DNA from: a virus
Lineage: Duplodnaviria > Caudoviricetes
Length of the DNA stretch: 64,000 nt
Virus record (IMG/VR): IMGVR_UViG_3300024346_000014
Location: 61,650-125,649 of that record
Reading direction: 5' to 3' (one strand)
Position numbers and translations under genes: made by a program. A model generated the notes under the pieces. The model ran no database searches, had not been told where the DNA came from, and worked only from the letters and a program-made list of their open reading frames with translations. Positions 33,933 to 42,948 of the stretch are shown in pieces. The first letter of the stretch is position 1. Every line of letters begins with the position of its first letter.

Positions 33933-35612
33933 TTATGTATGAAAAGGCTTAATGTACTTTAGTTTATTTGAATAAGAAATGCTTTCTAAAGCAGAAGAAC
34001 CTGATCCTTGTATTCCCATTATTTCATTATACTTTTCATCTGATATTTGATGATTAGTGTATAATTCTTGAATTTCCCTTTCATTTTCTTCTTTAGCTCT
34101 AGCATATACATATGCAGGAAAACTAGGAAGACCCATTCGTTCAGCGTTGTAATTTAAATGTCTTTGTAAATCGTACACTAACTCGTCTTCTTTTAATTCA
34201 GTTTCAGGCCTATCCTTTAACTGTTGATCTATATAAGGTACGTCTATAACTGAACCTTTTCTTTTCCTTTCATTAGACGAATGTTCTTCCATTCTGTCAT
34301 TTAGTTCTTGAGTAGATATGAGATCTTCTATGCCTTCTTTTTCGAAATCCGAGAGAGCATCAGCTGAAGATCCTAGTAATTTAATTATTTGTTTAGCTAT
34401 GAAAGAACTGAATTTACCGAGAACAAGCCCTCTCATTATAACAACACCAGAATTCTTCTTTAGGAATTTTCTAGCCTGCCCTCCTCTTTTAGATATAAAC
34501 GTGTAGTACGTAGCTAAATCATCTGAATTTTTTAGAACGGACTTCATTGGCCCATTTGGAAATTTTGCAGATATATTAGAAAACGTAGATAAATCTGCTA
34601 TTGGTATTTCTTTAATTACCTTTCCTCCTTTTTTAATTATTAACTTATCTCCTTTTTTAACAACTTTTCCACCTGCTTGTAAAGTTTCTTCCATTAACTT
34701 AAAATTCTTAGCTGCCTTTTTAGAAATAGCTTGAGCTATAGGTTTATCTACTTCTTTAGCGAATACTAATAAGTTGTCAGCTACGTTTTTTGCCATGTCA
34801 GCTATTTTAGTCAAAAACTTTCGTAAAGGTTTTCCGATAAAAGGAACCCAACCAACTGCTTTACCTACAACGTCTTTCAATAGAAAAGAAATTACACCAG
34901 TTATAGAAGCTGCTATTTTGGCAGCTGATTTCTTGATAAATTCTAGAAACCTTTTACTTTTACTGAATGTTTTTCCTTCCTGTTTCATTAAAACCTCAGC
35001 TGACTCTTTTGCTATTGTTTTACCAGCTCCTTTTGTTGCTATTTTTGAAAATGGTTTTGAAAAATTATGAGCCACACCTTTAAAGCCTTTTGCAACGTCT
35101 CCTCCAAAAGGAATCATTGCAATCAAAGATATCAAACCTAATATGTACTTTCCTCTGAACATGTATATGATACCGTTTATTAAATCGGCAGCCATCCCAA
35201 GAGGAATACCTACTACTAAAAAAGCATCTCCAACAATACCTATGAAATCTAAAACCAACTGAAGTATTCCAATAGGCGAACCTCCTTCTGTTAATGAACT
35301 TAATAGACTTTTCAACATGCCTAATATACCTCCATCCGGGGCCGGTAGGATACCTGCTCCATCTACTACACTATCGATTGCCGAAGCATCGGAAGCAATA
35401 GCGGCTTCGGCCTGTTCATTTATAACTGCCACTTCTCTTCTAAGTAGAGGGCTTTGAAAAAATTCTTTTTCGGTTAAAGATCGTATATCAGGTATTAGAT
35501 TATCGAAATCTAAAGCTTCTTCTAAAACATGCATTTTGTTTTTTAAAGCTTCTAAGATCATTAAACCTTCTTTAGATCTTAAATCATTTTCATATTGTAT
35601 TGATAAATCCAT
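33933..35612 (-). CDS. virion/ejection protein with pre-toxin-TG-like hydrophobic hairpins
   Basis: LDFIGIVGD...AADLINGIIY..RG.Y..GLISLIAMIPFGGDVAK; GATATATA at 35636-35643 (-). Confidence 0.6.
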   Translation of the reverse strand: MDLSIQYENDLRSKEGLMILEALKNKMHVLEEALDFDNLIPDIRSLTEKEFFQSPLLRREVAVINEQAEAAIASDASAIDSVVDGAGILPAPDGGILGMLKSLLSSLTEGGSPIGILQLVLDFIGIVGDAFLVVGIPLGMAADLINGIIYMFRGKYILGLISLIAMIPFGGDVAKGFKGVAHNFSKPFSKIATKGAGKTIAKESAEVLMKQEGKTFSKSKRFLEFIKKSAAKIAASITGVISFLLKDVVGKAVGWVPFIGKPLRKFLTKIADMAKNVADNLLVFAKEVDKPIAQAISKKAAKNFKLMEETLQAGGKVVKKGDKLIIKKGGKVIKEIPIADLSTFSNISAKFPNGPMKSVLKNSDDLATYYTFISKRGGQARKFLKKNSGVVIMRGLVLGKFSSFIAKQIIKLLGSSADALSDFEKEGIEDLISTQELNDRMEEHSSNERKRKGSVIDVPYIDQQLKDRPETELKEDELVYDLQRHLNYNAERMGLPSFPAYVYARAKEENEREIQELYTNHQISDEKYNEIMGIQGSGSSALESISYSNKLKYIKPFHT

Positions 35613-35673
35613 TATTTATAGATGTTTCTTTTTTTTATATATCTACAAAATATAGCTTATGTTTACGTACTAT

Positions 35674-36018
35674 TTAAAAGGGTAGGTCTGAGCCATCGCC
35701 TGTCATGTCAATAGGTTCTTTTACTTCCTCAGTATTTATCTTGACTGATATTGCTCTAACATCATTGATATAAACTGTTTCGTTTTCAGGATTAACCCAT
35801 TCCCTAGCTTTTACTTCATATGAAACATTTAAATTATCATTTATTTCAAATGAATCTATTTTAGAACACCCTTCTTGAACCAAAGAGAATTTTAAATATT
35901 CATTGGCTCCAGAATATCCTTTAGATGAAAGTTCTATTACGAATTCTCTTTTTTTAAACTTATCTGTTATTTGAATGGTGTCGTATTTCTTTACTAATTT
36001 TCCTAACTGAGTATTCAT
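35674..36018 (-). CDS. DUF3127 OB-fold (SSB-like) protein
   Basis: FKKREFVIE...Y..F.L.Q......V.Y.V..REW. Confidence 0.8.
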   Translation of the reverse strand: MNTQLGKLVKKYDTIQITDKFKKREFVIELSSKGYSGANEYLKFSLVQEGCSKIDSFEINDNLNVSYEVKAREWVNPENETVYINDVRAISVKINTEEVKEPIDMTGDGSDLPF

Positions 36019-36021
36019 ATA

Positions 36022-37446
36022 TTATATGTTTTTTAATTGATTCATTAATGACTCATAGTCTGCACTATCATTATCTGTTTTTCTAAGTTCGTCTTGTGTT
36101 GTCTCCTTTGGTTTTTCCTTTACTTCAGGTGTATCTTCTATTTCATCGAAAATACTCAATTGATTATCATCTACTATTGCATTAGATGATGCTTGTGCAC
36201 CTATCTTTCCGTTCTCAATAATTATATTTTCTAAATTTGTAATTATTTCATTTGTACATATATCGGCATTTGAATGCTTTTTCCAATATGTAAATGCCAT
36301 TTCTCTCCATTCGTCTCTCATTACTGGGTCATTTGACAATTTGACCATTAATTTTTTAGTTTCTTCAAAGTTAGTATGATCTAAACCAATAGTTCCGCTA
36401 TGGGAATCCTTAGTCACAGGATTACCTGTTATTCTATGAATTACATTATCACAAAAGTGTTTATGAAAAATAGGAATGGTACCTGAAGCAACAACTTCGG
36501 CGTGACAGTTTTCTATATTATTACCATACATATGAGCCTTTAAGTGATATAGATCAGAACCAAAAGCACTTTTAGCCATTCTTTCCATACAGTCTACGTT
36601 AGTGTAAGGTGGATACAAATAAGAACCTGATCCAGGAGTTTCTTTTCCATGTAAATCTTCTGTAAATTTTACCTCATTTAATTCTTTTCTAGGTCTAAAA
36701 TGATTTACTATTTCATGATCTTTATAGAAAGGCTTTCCATTTTTATTATCTCCTTTTTCATATAAGATACCTGCCCATCCTATGCTTGCTTCTAATCCTT
36801 CAAGAATAGTTATGTAATTTTCTTCCATCAATTGTTGAGCATGGAAATCCATCATTAAATTAGGACCTTTCCAACCTGATAGTCTACCTATCCATCTAAC
36901 TGTTTTATGATCCTGTTCGTCTATAGGCAACCAATATTTTTCACGATGATCATCATATGTAAAACCTAACGCCATTTTCTTGAAAGGAGTATTTACATTC
37001 TCTCTTTTAGCCCATCTAGTAAAGTCTGATTCTAATGAATGAGTCATCAATACATCTACACTATTACATATTTCATCAAATTTACCATTTCTACTTAGAG
37101 ATTGCATTTTATGATCTAATTGAACAATAGCTTTGGGTAAAGTAATACCTTGTACAAGCTTAACAAAGTTGATTTGACAATCTTCTGGATGCTTTTTAGA
37201 AGGAACAGAATAGACAAGAACCATATCAAAGTTTTCATTTACTTCATCCAAAACTCTGGTCATTTCTTCAGATTTTCCACAAGTAAACTCATCTTTATCA
37301 AAGACCATAGTGTCTCTACGAGCCCATTTCTTATCTAAAGTTGCAAATATTTTAGTATTAGGTGTTGCTTTTTGAAATTCTACAGCACATCTTGTTACGC
37401 CACAGCCTTCTACTCCTCTGCCTAATATTATAGCTATCTTTTTCAT
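36022..37446 (-). CDS. agt: DNA alpha-glucosyltransferase (T4 AGT-like)
   Basis: N-terminus IAIILGRGVEGCGVTR matches T4 AGT; RWIGR..WKG, LEG.E, YGNNIE..H.E..A.G.IP.F. Confidence 0.85.
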   Translation of the reverse strand: MKKIAIILGRGVEGCGVTRCAVEFQKATPNTKIFATLDKKWARRDTMVFDKDEFTCGKSEEMTRVLDEVNENFDMVLVYSVPSKKHPEDCQINFVKLVQGITLPKAIVQLDHKMQSLSRNGKFDEICNSVDVLMTHSLESDFTRWAKRENVNTPFKKMALGFTYDDHREKYWLPIDEQDHKTVRWIGRLSGWKGPNLMMDFHAQQLMEENYITILEGLEASIGWAGILYEKGDNKNGKPFYKDHEIVNHFRPRKELNEVKFTEDLHGKETPGSGSYLYPPYTNVDCMERMAKSAFGSDLYHLKAHMYGNNIENCHAEVVASGTIPIFHKHFCDNVIHRITGNPVTKDSHSGTIGLDHTNFEETKKLMVKLSNDPVMRDEWREMAFTYWKKHSNADICTNEIITNLENIIIENGKIGAQASSNAIVDDNQLSIFDEIEDTPEVKEKPKETTQDELRKTDNDSADYESLMNQLKNI

Positions 37447-37474
37447 ATTTTATTTTTAAATTTTTGTTTTGTAT

Positions 37475-37780
37475 TTAATCTTTTCTTTCATTCATATAGT
37501 TTTCTAACCCCTGTATGTAAGATATAGCATCTAATAAGTTATCTTTTTTATGGTTATAAGACTCTCTTGAAAACTTTAAAGCTATCATTGCTATAAACAT
37601 TTCTTTACCTGATATGTTTAAACCAGACATTCCGTTGAATATACTAGCTGCTCTATCCATACCTTCGCTAAAGGGTCCATACATTCTTTCTTTTTCCTCA
37701 TCTCTTTCATTTACTATAGAGTGAGCTTCTTGAGAAATAGATTTTTTATTTTTATTCATGATTAGACTTTTTAAATTCAT
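37475..37780 (-). CDS. DUF6378-like protein
   Basis: EAHSIVN.R...K.R.YG....M.A.K..R....HK.DNL.D...Y; start likely MNKNKKS. Confidence 0.7.
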   Translation of the reverse strand: MNLKSLIMNKNKKSISQEAHSIVNERDEEKERMYGPFSEGMDRAASIFNGMSGLNISGKEMFIAMIALKFSRESYNHKKDNLLDAISYIQGLENYMNERKD

Positions 37781-37869
37781 TTGGATATTTGTTTTTAAGG
37801 TATTTTATCCAGTGTTTTTGTTTTCTTCCATTTACAAAAAACCAGCCTACTTTTAAATCCATCCATTTT

Positions 37870-37939
37870 ATTATACTGCGCATTGCGGTTAAGTTTAAGA
37901 TTATTCTAATATATTATACTAAAAAAATCCATTAAGTTC
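37870..37939 (-). promoter_or_regulatory. tandem (A/G)AAC-N16-GTATAAT promoters
   Basis: 37870-37896 and 37913-37939, upstream of the agt operon. Confidence 0.65.
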
Positions 37940-37961
37940 ACTAAATGACCTAATGGATTTT
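37921..37961. terminator. hairpin terminator
   Basis: AAAATCCATTA/TAATGGATTTT inverted repeat after 37982. Confidence 0.6.
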
Positions 37962-37981
37962 AAAATTTAAAAATATATTTA

Positions 37982-38257
37982 TTATTTGGCTTTACCTAGA
38001 AAAGATTTCTTTTTAATCTTCTTTTTAAGTTTAGTATTAATTCTTTTCTTTTTAAGTTGTTTGATTTCTGATATATCGTCTGCTTTATATGACTTAGATA
38101 TTCCATTTATCATTATTTGATACTCGTTGATAGCGGTGTTTATACCTATTATAGTTCCTATTTTTTCCTTAATAGAAACCCGCTGACCTATTTTATAGGA
38201 GCGGGTATTCTTATAATTTCCATCAAAGCTTTCGCGTATTAAGCTATTTCTTTTTTT
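37982..38257 (-). CDS. -1 frame extension of 38239-39816 (SH3/KOW-like plus basic tail), no ATG start
   Basis: 92-codon open frame starting within an A9 run; KKRNSLIRESFDG...YKIGQRVSIKEKIGTIIGIN...KKKIKKKSFLGKAK. Confidence 0.6.
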   Translation of the reverse strand, partial: KKRNSLIRESFDGNYKNTRSYKIGQRVSIKEKIGTIIGINTAINEYQIMINGISKSYKADDISEIKQLKKKRINTKLKKKIKKKSFLGKAK

Positions 38258-39816
38258 TTAAGATCTTTTTCTACAAATTCCTCTCTTAACGAGTTTATTT
38301 TAATTTCTAATTGTTCTTTAATATCTTCTAGTTGGCTGAAAAACTTGGAGTCTATATCTCCTGATTCTAAGTTTGTATTTATTTTAGTTACTTCATTTTC
38401 TAACTTAGTGATATTTGTTTCTATTTCAGACTTTCTTGAATCTAGAGCGGCAATAGATGCAGTTTGTTCATCAATCTTAACTTGAAAAATAGAGCTAATA
38501 TCATAATTAAAGTTTTCTAAAATATAATTATGTAATTTGTATTCGTTTATATCATTCTTCCAAACTCTTTCTACTTGATTCAACATTTCACAGATATGAT
38601 AATCTCCTTCTAATTCTATTACCATTACTTTTTTTCCGGTATGGTCATTTGTTAAAGTTTTCGCAAATTCTAAATTAAAAATACTAGATGTTTCATTTAA
38701 AACTTTACTAACGTCTGTTTTAACAGTGTTGCTTTCTAAAGTAAGTATTTCACTAAAATTAAATTTAGAAGGCTCTTTAATTAAACTTTCATTTATGTAT
38801 ATATCTAATTTTCCAAATTCATCTGATCTAAACTCTAATACTAGATTCCTAAGGGATGTTGATTTAATACCATGTTGAGATTTAACAAATCCTAATTTAT
38901 AAAAAGATTCACATAGCGTGTAATACGAGTTATATTTTTCTTTAACATAATTAGAATCCATTTCATACAATTTGGAAGATTCAGATTCAGATAATAAAGA
39001 TCCTTTATTCAAGTCCTTAGTACTAATTGCTATAAACTTGTTATCTATAAAACTTAATACTGTATTCTTACCGGTTTTTAAAGTAGGAGTGATTGTATTA
39101 TCAATAGTACATGTAGCTCCGCCTTGTCCTAAAGTAAAAGAAGAAGAATTTCTAGACTCAACTACTGATAATCTAGTATAAAGATTCTTAAGAATAGGCA
39201 ATTCTCCATTTAATCTATGTTTAATAGCCTCGCTTGAATAAGATTCTGAAATTAACATTTTACTAAGGCCTTCTATATCTTTTTCATAGCCTTTAGCGCT
39301 TTTCATTGAATTTATAGAATCTAATACCATTAATTTTTCAGTATTATTATTGATGTAGTTTAATATCCTATCAACTGACTCTTTAACTACACTGTCGTAA
39401 TTAAATTCTTTAAATGAATCTACAAATTTTCCATATAACACAAATTCAGGATTATTACGTAATGATTCTTCTAAAACTATTACTCTTTGGAGAACTACTG
39501 GATTAGAATAAGAATTGCTTTCTTTGATGTTATTTAATTCAGATAAAAGATTAGCTTCTTTATTCATCTCGTCTATTAAATTACTATCTGAATATTCAAA
39601 TTTTTCAAACTGTTCTAGTATATTTATTATAGTTTCATTTTGTAAATGGTTGTTTAGTTCAACCAATCCACTTTTTAGTGAGTTATATGTCGAAGATACA
39701 CCAGTATTTGCTTTCAAAGCATTTTTAGTGGATTCAGTTAGTATTTTTACTAATGAATTATTAGAAACGTCACTATTAGATAACGTGTCAAGTGTTTTAT
39801 TTATAAAAGTCTTCAT
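38239..39816 (-). CDS. prohead core/scaffold-like virion protein
   Basis: 525 aa, many (L/I/V)xE(S) sites, C-terminal coiled coil; GATAAATA at 39839-39846 (-). Confidence 0.6.
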   Translation of the reverse strand: MKTFINKTLDTLSNSDVSNNSLVKILTESTKNALKANTGVSSTYNSLKSGLVELNNHLQNETIINILEQFEKFEYSDSNLIDEMNKEANLLSELNNIKESNSYSNPVVLQRVIVLEESLRNNPEFVLYGKFVDSFKEFNYDSVVKESVDRILNYINNNTEKLMVLDSINSMKSAKGYEKDIEGLSKMLISESYSSEAIKHRLNGELPILKNLYTRLSVVESRNSSSFTLGQGGATCTIDNTITPTLKTGKNTVLSFIDNKFIAISTKDLNKGSLLSESESSKLYEMDSNYVKEKYNSYYTLCESFYKLGFVKSQHGIKSTSLRNLVLEFRSDEFGKLDIYINESLIKEPSKFNFSEILTLESNTVKTDVSKVLNETSSIFNLEFAKTLTNDHTGKKVMVIELEGDYHICEMLNQVERVWKNDINEYKLHNYILENFNYDISSIFQVKIDEQTASIAALDSRKSEIETNITKLENEVTKINTNLESGDIDSKFFSQLEDIKEQLEIKINSLREEFVEKDLKKKEIA

Positions 39817-39886
39817 CTATTAGATAATTATTTTTTTTTATTTATCTTAAAATATGTATTTAAATTCTACAATTTTAGAGTATTAG

Positions 39887-41878
39887 TTAGCTATTATTTC
39901 TATTTGTTGTTATTTTAGTGGAGTCTTTCACACCAAACGTATTAACAGTAGATACGGATTTAGATTCTTTTCTATTTACATATCCTGGTATTCTAGCTTT
40001 TTTAGATACAAGGCGAGGTCTTTTTCTAGCTTGCTTTTCAGCTAGCCCTTTATATTTGTCTACTATTTCATTTATTTTAGAAGTAGTTTTATTCTGAGCT
40101 TCAGCCTCCGCTTTAGCCTCAGCAATAGCTGCATCTACATCAGATTGTTCAGATGTCTTCCTCCATTCTCCATTGTACATCAGTGTTTCTGTTCCGTCTT
40201 TAGCAACCGATGTTATATAAAAACTTTTATCAGTTGATTGTAATATACTTTCGCTACTTTCAGTGGGTATATTAAACACAATTTCACCAGATGATAAATT
40301 TTCTTTAGACTGATCGTTTAAGTTGTCTATTTTTATTTTTCCGCTAGACGTTTGAAAAACAGCTCGATAAATGGCATCGCCTATATTTAAATCCAATGCC
40401 GTTGTTTTATTTTTAACTTCAGTGTAAAATTTAAACTTTAAATAATTATCGAATGGAGATATTACAAATTTTAATTTGCCATCTTTAAATACAACCTCAT
40501 CTTGATCGTTATTTTCTTTGACAATTGAGCTTTTCTTTGAGACTGATATGTTTGACTTAGTAAAAAAGATTGGAACATATTGAGTTGAACTAGACATGGT
40601 AGATGATGTAACTATACTACCTATAGACTTAGTTACGTTTTGAGCAGGGTCTATGAATAATTCAGTTGCTTCAAAATTATTTTTATATATTTTATTTATT
40701 ATATTTTGAGATTGAGGCTTATCTTCCAATTCTAACTTTAGAAGTGTTTTTCCATATTTCTTAGGTGAAGTTACTATCAAAGAACCTTCTCTAATAACTT
40801 GATCTCCATTTAATCTATTAATAAGTCTAACAATATAATCAATTGACATTGTTATTGCAGTATTCGCATTTTTTAAGACCGGCCTAAACAAATTAGGTTC
40901 ATCATAATCTTTATCTTGAAAAAAGGCTAATCTTGAGCTTTCAACAAAGGAAGATCCTATTTGTTCAAAAATAGTTAGTTCATGTGCTATGATATAGTCA
41001 TTCAATGGGTTCCTTCTATTTAATATAGATATTAATTCTTCTGGAAAACCTCCATTGTATGTTAAAAAGAATTCAATAAAGTCACCTTGACTAGATTCTT
41101 GTACATATGCTCCTACTGAATCAAACTCATTACTTTGAGATACAACCGCTTCGTAATGTTCTGTAATTTCAAAAGTATCATATTCTACGCCAACTGGTGT
41201 ATCTAATTTATCTTGAGTTCCACATTCATCTAAAGATACTATAATAGGATTATTTGTTATAAAACCTGTATATGAACCATTGTTAGGAGTAATATCTGCT
41301 GCAAAAGTAGAAGCTGGAGTAGGAGAAGTGTCAAATTCTTCATTTATATTTTTTATAGAAGGAACATATACGTCTATGTATCTATCGTACATGGCATTGG
41401 TTATGTACAATGGTTTCGGATTAAATGAAAGTATAGTTGATTCAGTATCTTTACTAAAAAGAATGTTTGCGAATATATTTGTTTTTTGATCATTTTCTAT
41501 ATTTCTTACACTAAGAACAAGTGCTCTAAAACTATCAAAATCAAACCCAGAAATAAAATGAAATCTTACTTTGTCTAAAGTTACATTATTTCCTGATATA
41601 GTGGTTTCAGTTATTTTATCATCGTAGTCTATATAATTAGGAACCTTTTCACTATCTAAGTATACATACCTGTTTCCATCTATTGAAGTAACGGTTATAT
41701 CTTGTATATTCCTAGTTTCACTAAACGAACCATCGTTGTTGAATATCTGATGAGCATCTATATGATCGTTTTGTAACAATTTAAAATCATCATTTGTATA
41801 GTCTAAAGATCCTAGGTCTTCTAGCATATACTCAACTATGCAATAATTGGTTAAGTTTACAAATCTACTTTCTCTCAT
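39887..41878 (-). CDS. virion structural protein (baseplate/neck-associated, putative)
   Basis: 663 aa, beta-rich, in structural block. Confidence 0.6.
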   Translation of the reverse strand: MRESRFVNLTNYCIVEYMLEDLGSLDYTNDDFKLLQNDHIDAHQIFNNDGSFSETRNIQDITVTSIDGNRYVYLDSEKVPNYIDYDDKITETTISGNNVTLDKVRFHFISGFDFDSFRALVLSVRNIENDQKTNIFANILFSKDTESTILSFNPKPLYITNAMYDRYIDVYVPSIKNINEEFDTSPTPASTFAADITPNNGSYTGFITNNPIIVSLDECGTQDKLDTPVGVEYDTFEITEHYEAVVSQSNEFDSVGAYVQESSQGDFIEFFLTYNGGFPEELISILNRRNPLNDYIIAHELTIFEQIGSSFVESSRLAFFQDKDYDEPNLFRPVLKNANTAITMSIDYIVRLINRLNGDQVIREGSLIVTSPKKYGKTLLKLELEDKPQSQNIINKIYKNNFEATELFIDPAQNVTKSIGSIVTSSTMSSSTQYVPIFFTKSNISVSKKSSIVKENNDQDEVVFKDGKLKFVISPFDNYLKFKFYTEVKNKTTALDLNIGDAIYRAVFQTSSGKIKIDNLNDQSKENLSSGEIVFNIPTESSESILQSTDKSFYITSVAKDGTETLMYNGEWRKTSEQSDVDAAIAEAKAEAEAQNKTTSKINEIVDKYKGLAEKQARKRPRLVSKKARIPGYVNRKESKSVSTVNTFGVKDSTKITTNRNNS

Positions 41879-41895
41879 TTAATGTTTAATGTTTT

Positions 41896-42735
41896 TTACC
41901 ATTGCAAAAATTTAGGAGAATAATTTAAGCCCAATCCGAAGTATGGTGAAGTAGATATATTATTACCACTTACACTTATGCCATACCCAACTTGAAAGCC
42001 TAGACTCCAATTTTTTCTAAGTTCTCTTAATGCTTTTTTATTCTTAGGATTATCCAATATGCTAGCTCCTTCTATTTGAGTAAAACTAACTCCTGGGTAA
42101 TCTGTATCTACTAGTATATTTATCTTTTTAGTTTCTCTATCTTTAACTAGTGCTAAATCTAAATTCATAGCTAATTCTAAAGAAAAATTACCCATACCTG
42201 GAATAACTTTAGGAATAGTATCAGTGGTGTCTACTGTAAATGGAATAATACCTGATAATATTCTGTAATTATTTTTACTATGATTCAAACTATCTAAAAA
42301 GGATAATTTATTTCCAGAACTATCAGCTATTACTAATACAGGTACTTGTGTTAAAATTTCTTTAACTACATATTCTGTTTTAATAATTACCTTTGGCAGT
42401 TTATTTTTTTCAATTGTTAATTTTCCTAGTAAACTATTATATTCTGTCTTAAGTTCACTTATTGTCAATTCATAACCCTGTTTTTCAGACCTCATTGTTT
42501 TATTATCTAAGGCATAAGTTTTTATAGAATCATTAGACGCTTCATAATTGTTCTTTACCCTGACAACTTGCTCTTTAACTTTCTTTGTTTCTATTTTTGC
42601 CTCGCTGGTTTTACCACATTGTCTAAATAATAATAGTATTAATATAACTATTGACCCCAACAACAACATTCTTGTATTTTTAGGATCGGTTATGAATTTT
42701 ATTACACTACCTAATATGTTCATTATATTTATCAT
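41896..42735 (-). CDS. putative spanin-like lysis protein
   Basis: N-terminal TM ending LFRQC, coiled coil, C-terminal beta hairpin WSLGFQVGYG...PYFGLGLNY typical of Bacteroidota phages. Confidence 0.55.
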   Translation of the reverse strand: MINIMNILGSVIKFITDPKNTRMLLLGSIVILILLLFRQCGKTSEAKIETKKVKEQVVRVKNNYEASNDSIKTYALDNKTMRSEKQGYELTISELKTEYNSLLGKLTIEKNKLPKVIIKTEYVVKEILTQVPVLVIADSSGNKLSFLDSLNHSKNNYRILSGIIPFTVDTTDTIPKVIPGMGNFSLELAMNLDLALVKDRETKKINILVDTDYPGVSFTQIEGASILDNPKNKKALRELRKNWSLGFQVGYGISVSGNNISTSPYFGLGLNYSPKFLQW

Positions 42736-42947
42736 ATATAATCTGTTATATTTAGTTTTTCTCCAGTTTCTTGCTCTATATTATTTATTATTTGTTTTTC
42801 TCTTTCTCGAATTGAATCTAATTTATTTTTCAAATCATTATGTATAGACATCTGTTGGACTATTTGTTTTTCAAGAACATTTAAACCATGATGAACTTCT
42901 GAGTATTCTTTTAATAATGTGCTTAATTCTATTTTTAAATCTTTCAT
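42732..42947 (-). CDS. small coiled-coil protein
   Basis: 71 aa heptad pattern. Confidence 0.7.
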   Translation of the reverse strand: MKDLKIELSTLLKEYSEVHHGLNVLEKQIVQQMSIHNDLKNKLDSIREREKQIINNIEQETGEKLNITDYI

Positions 42948-42948
42948 T

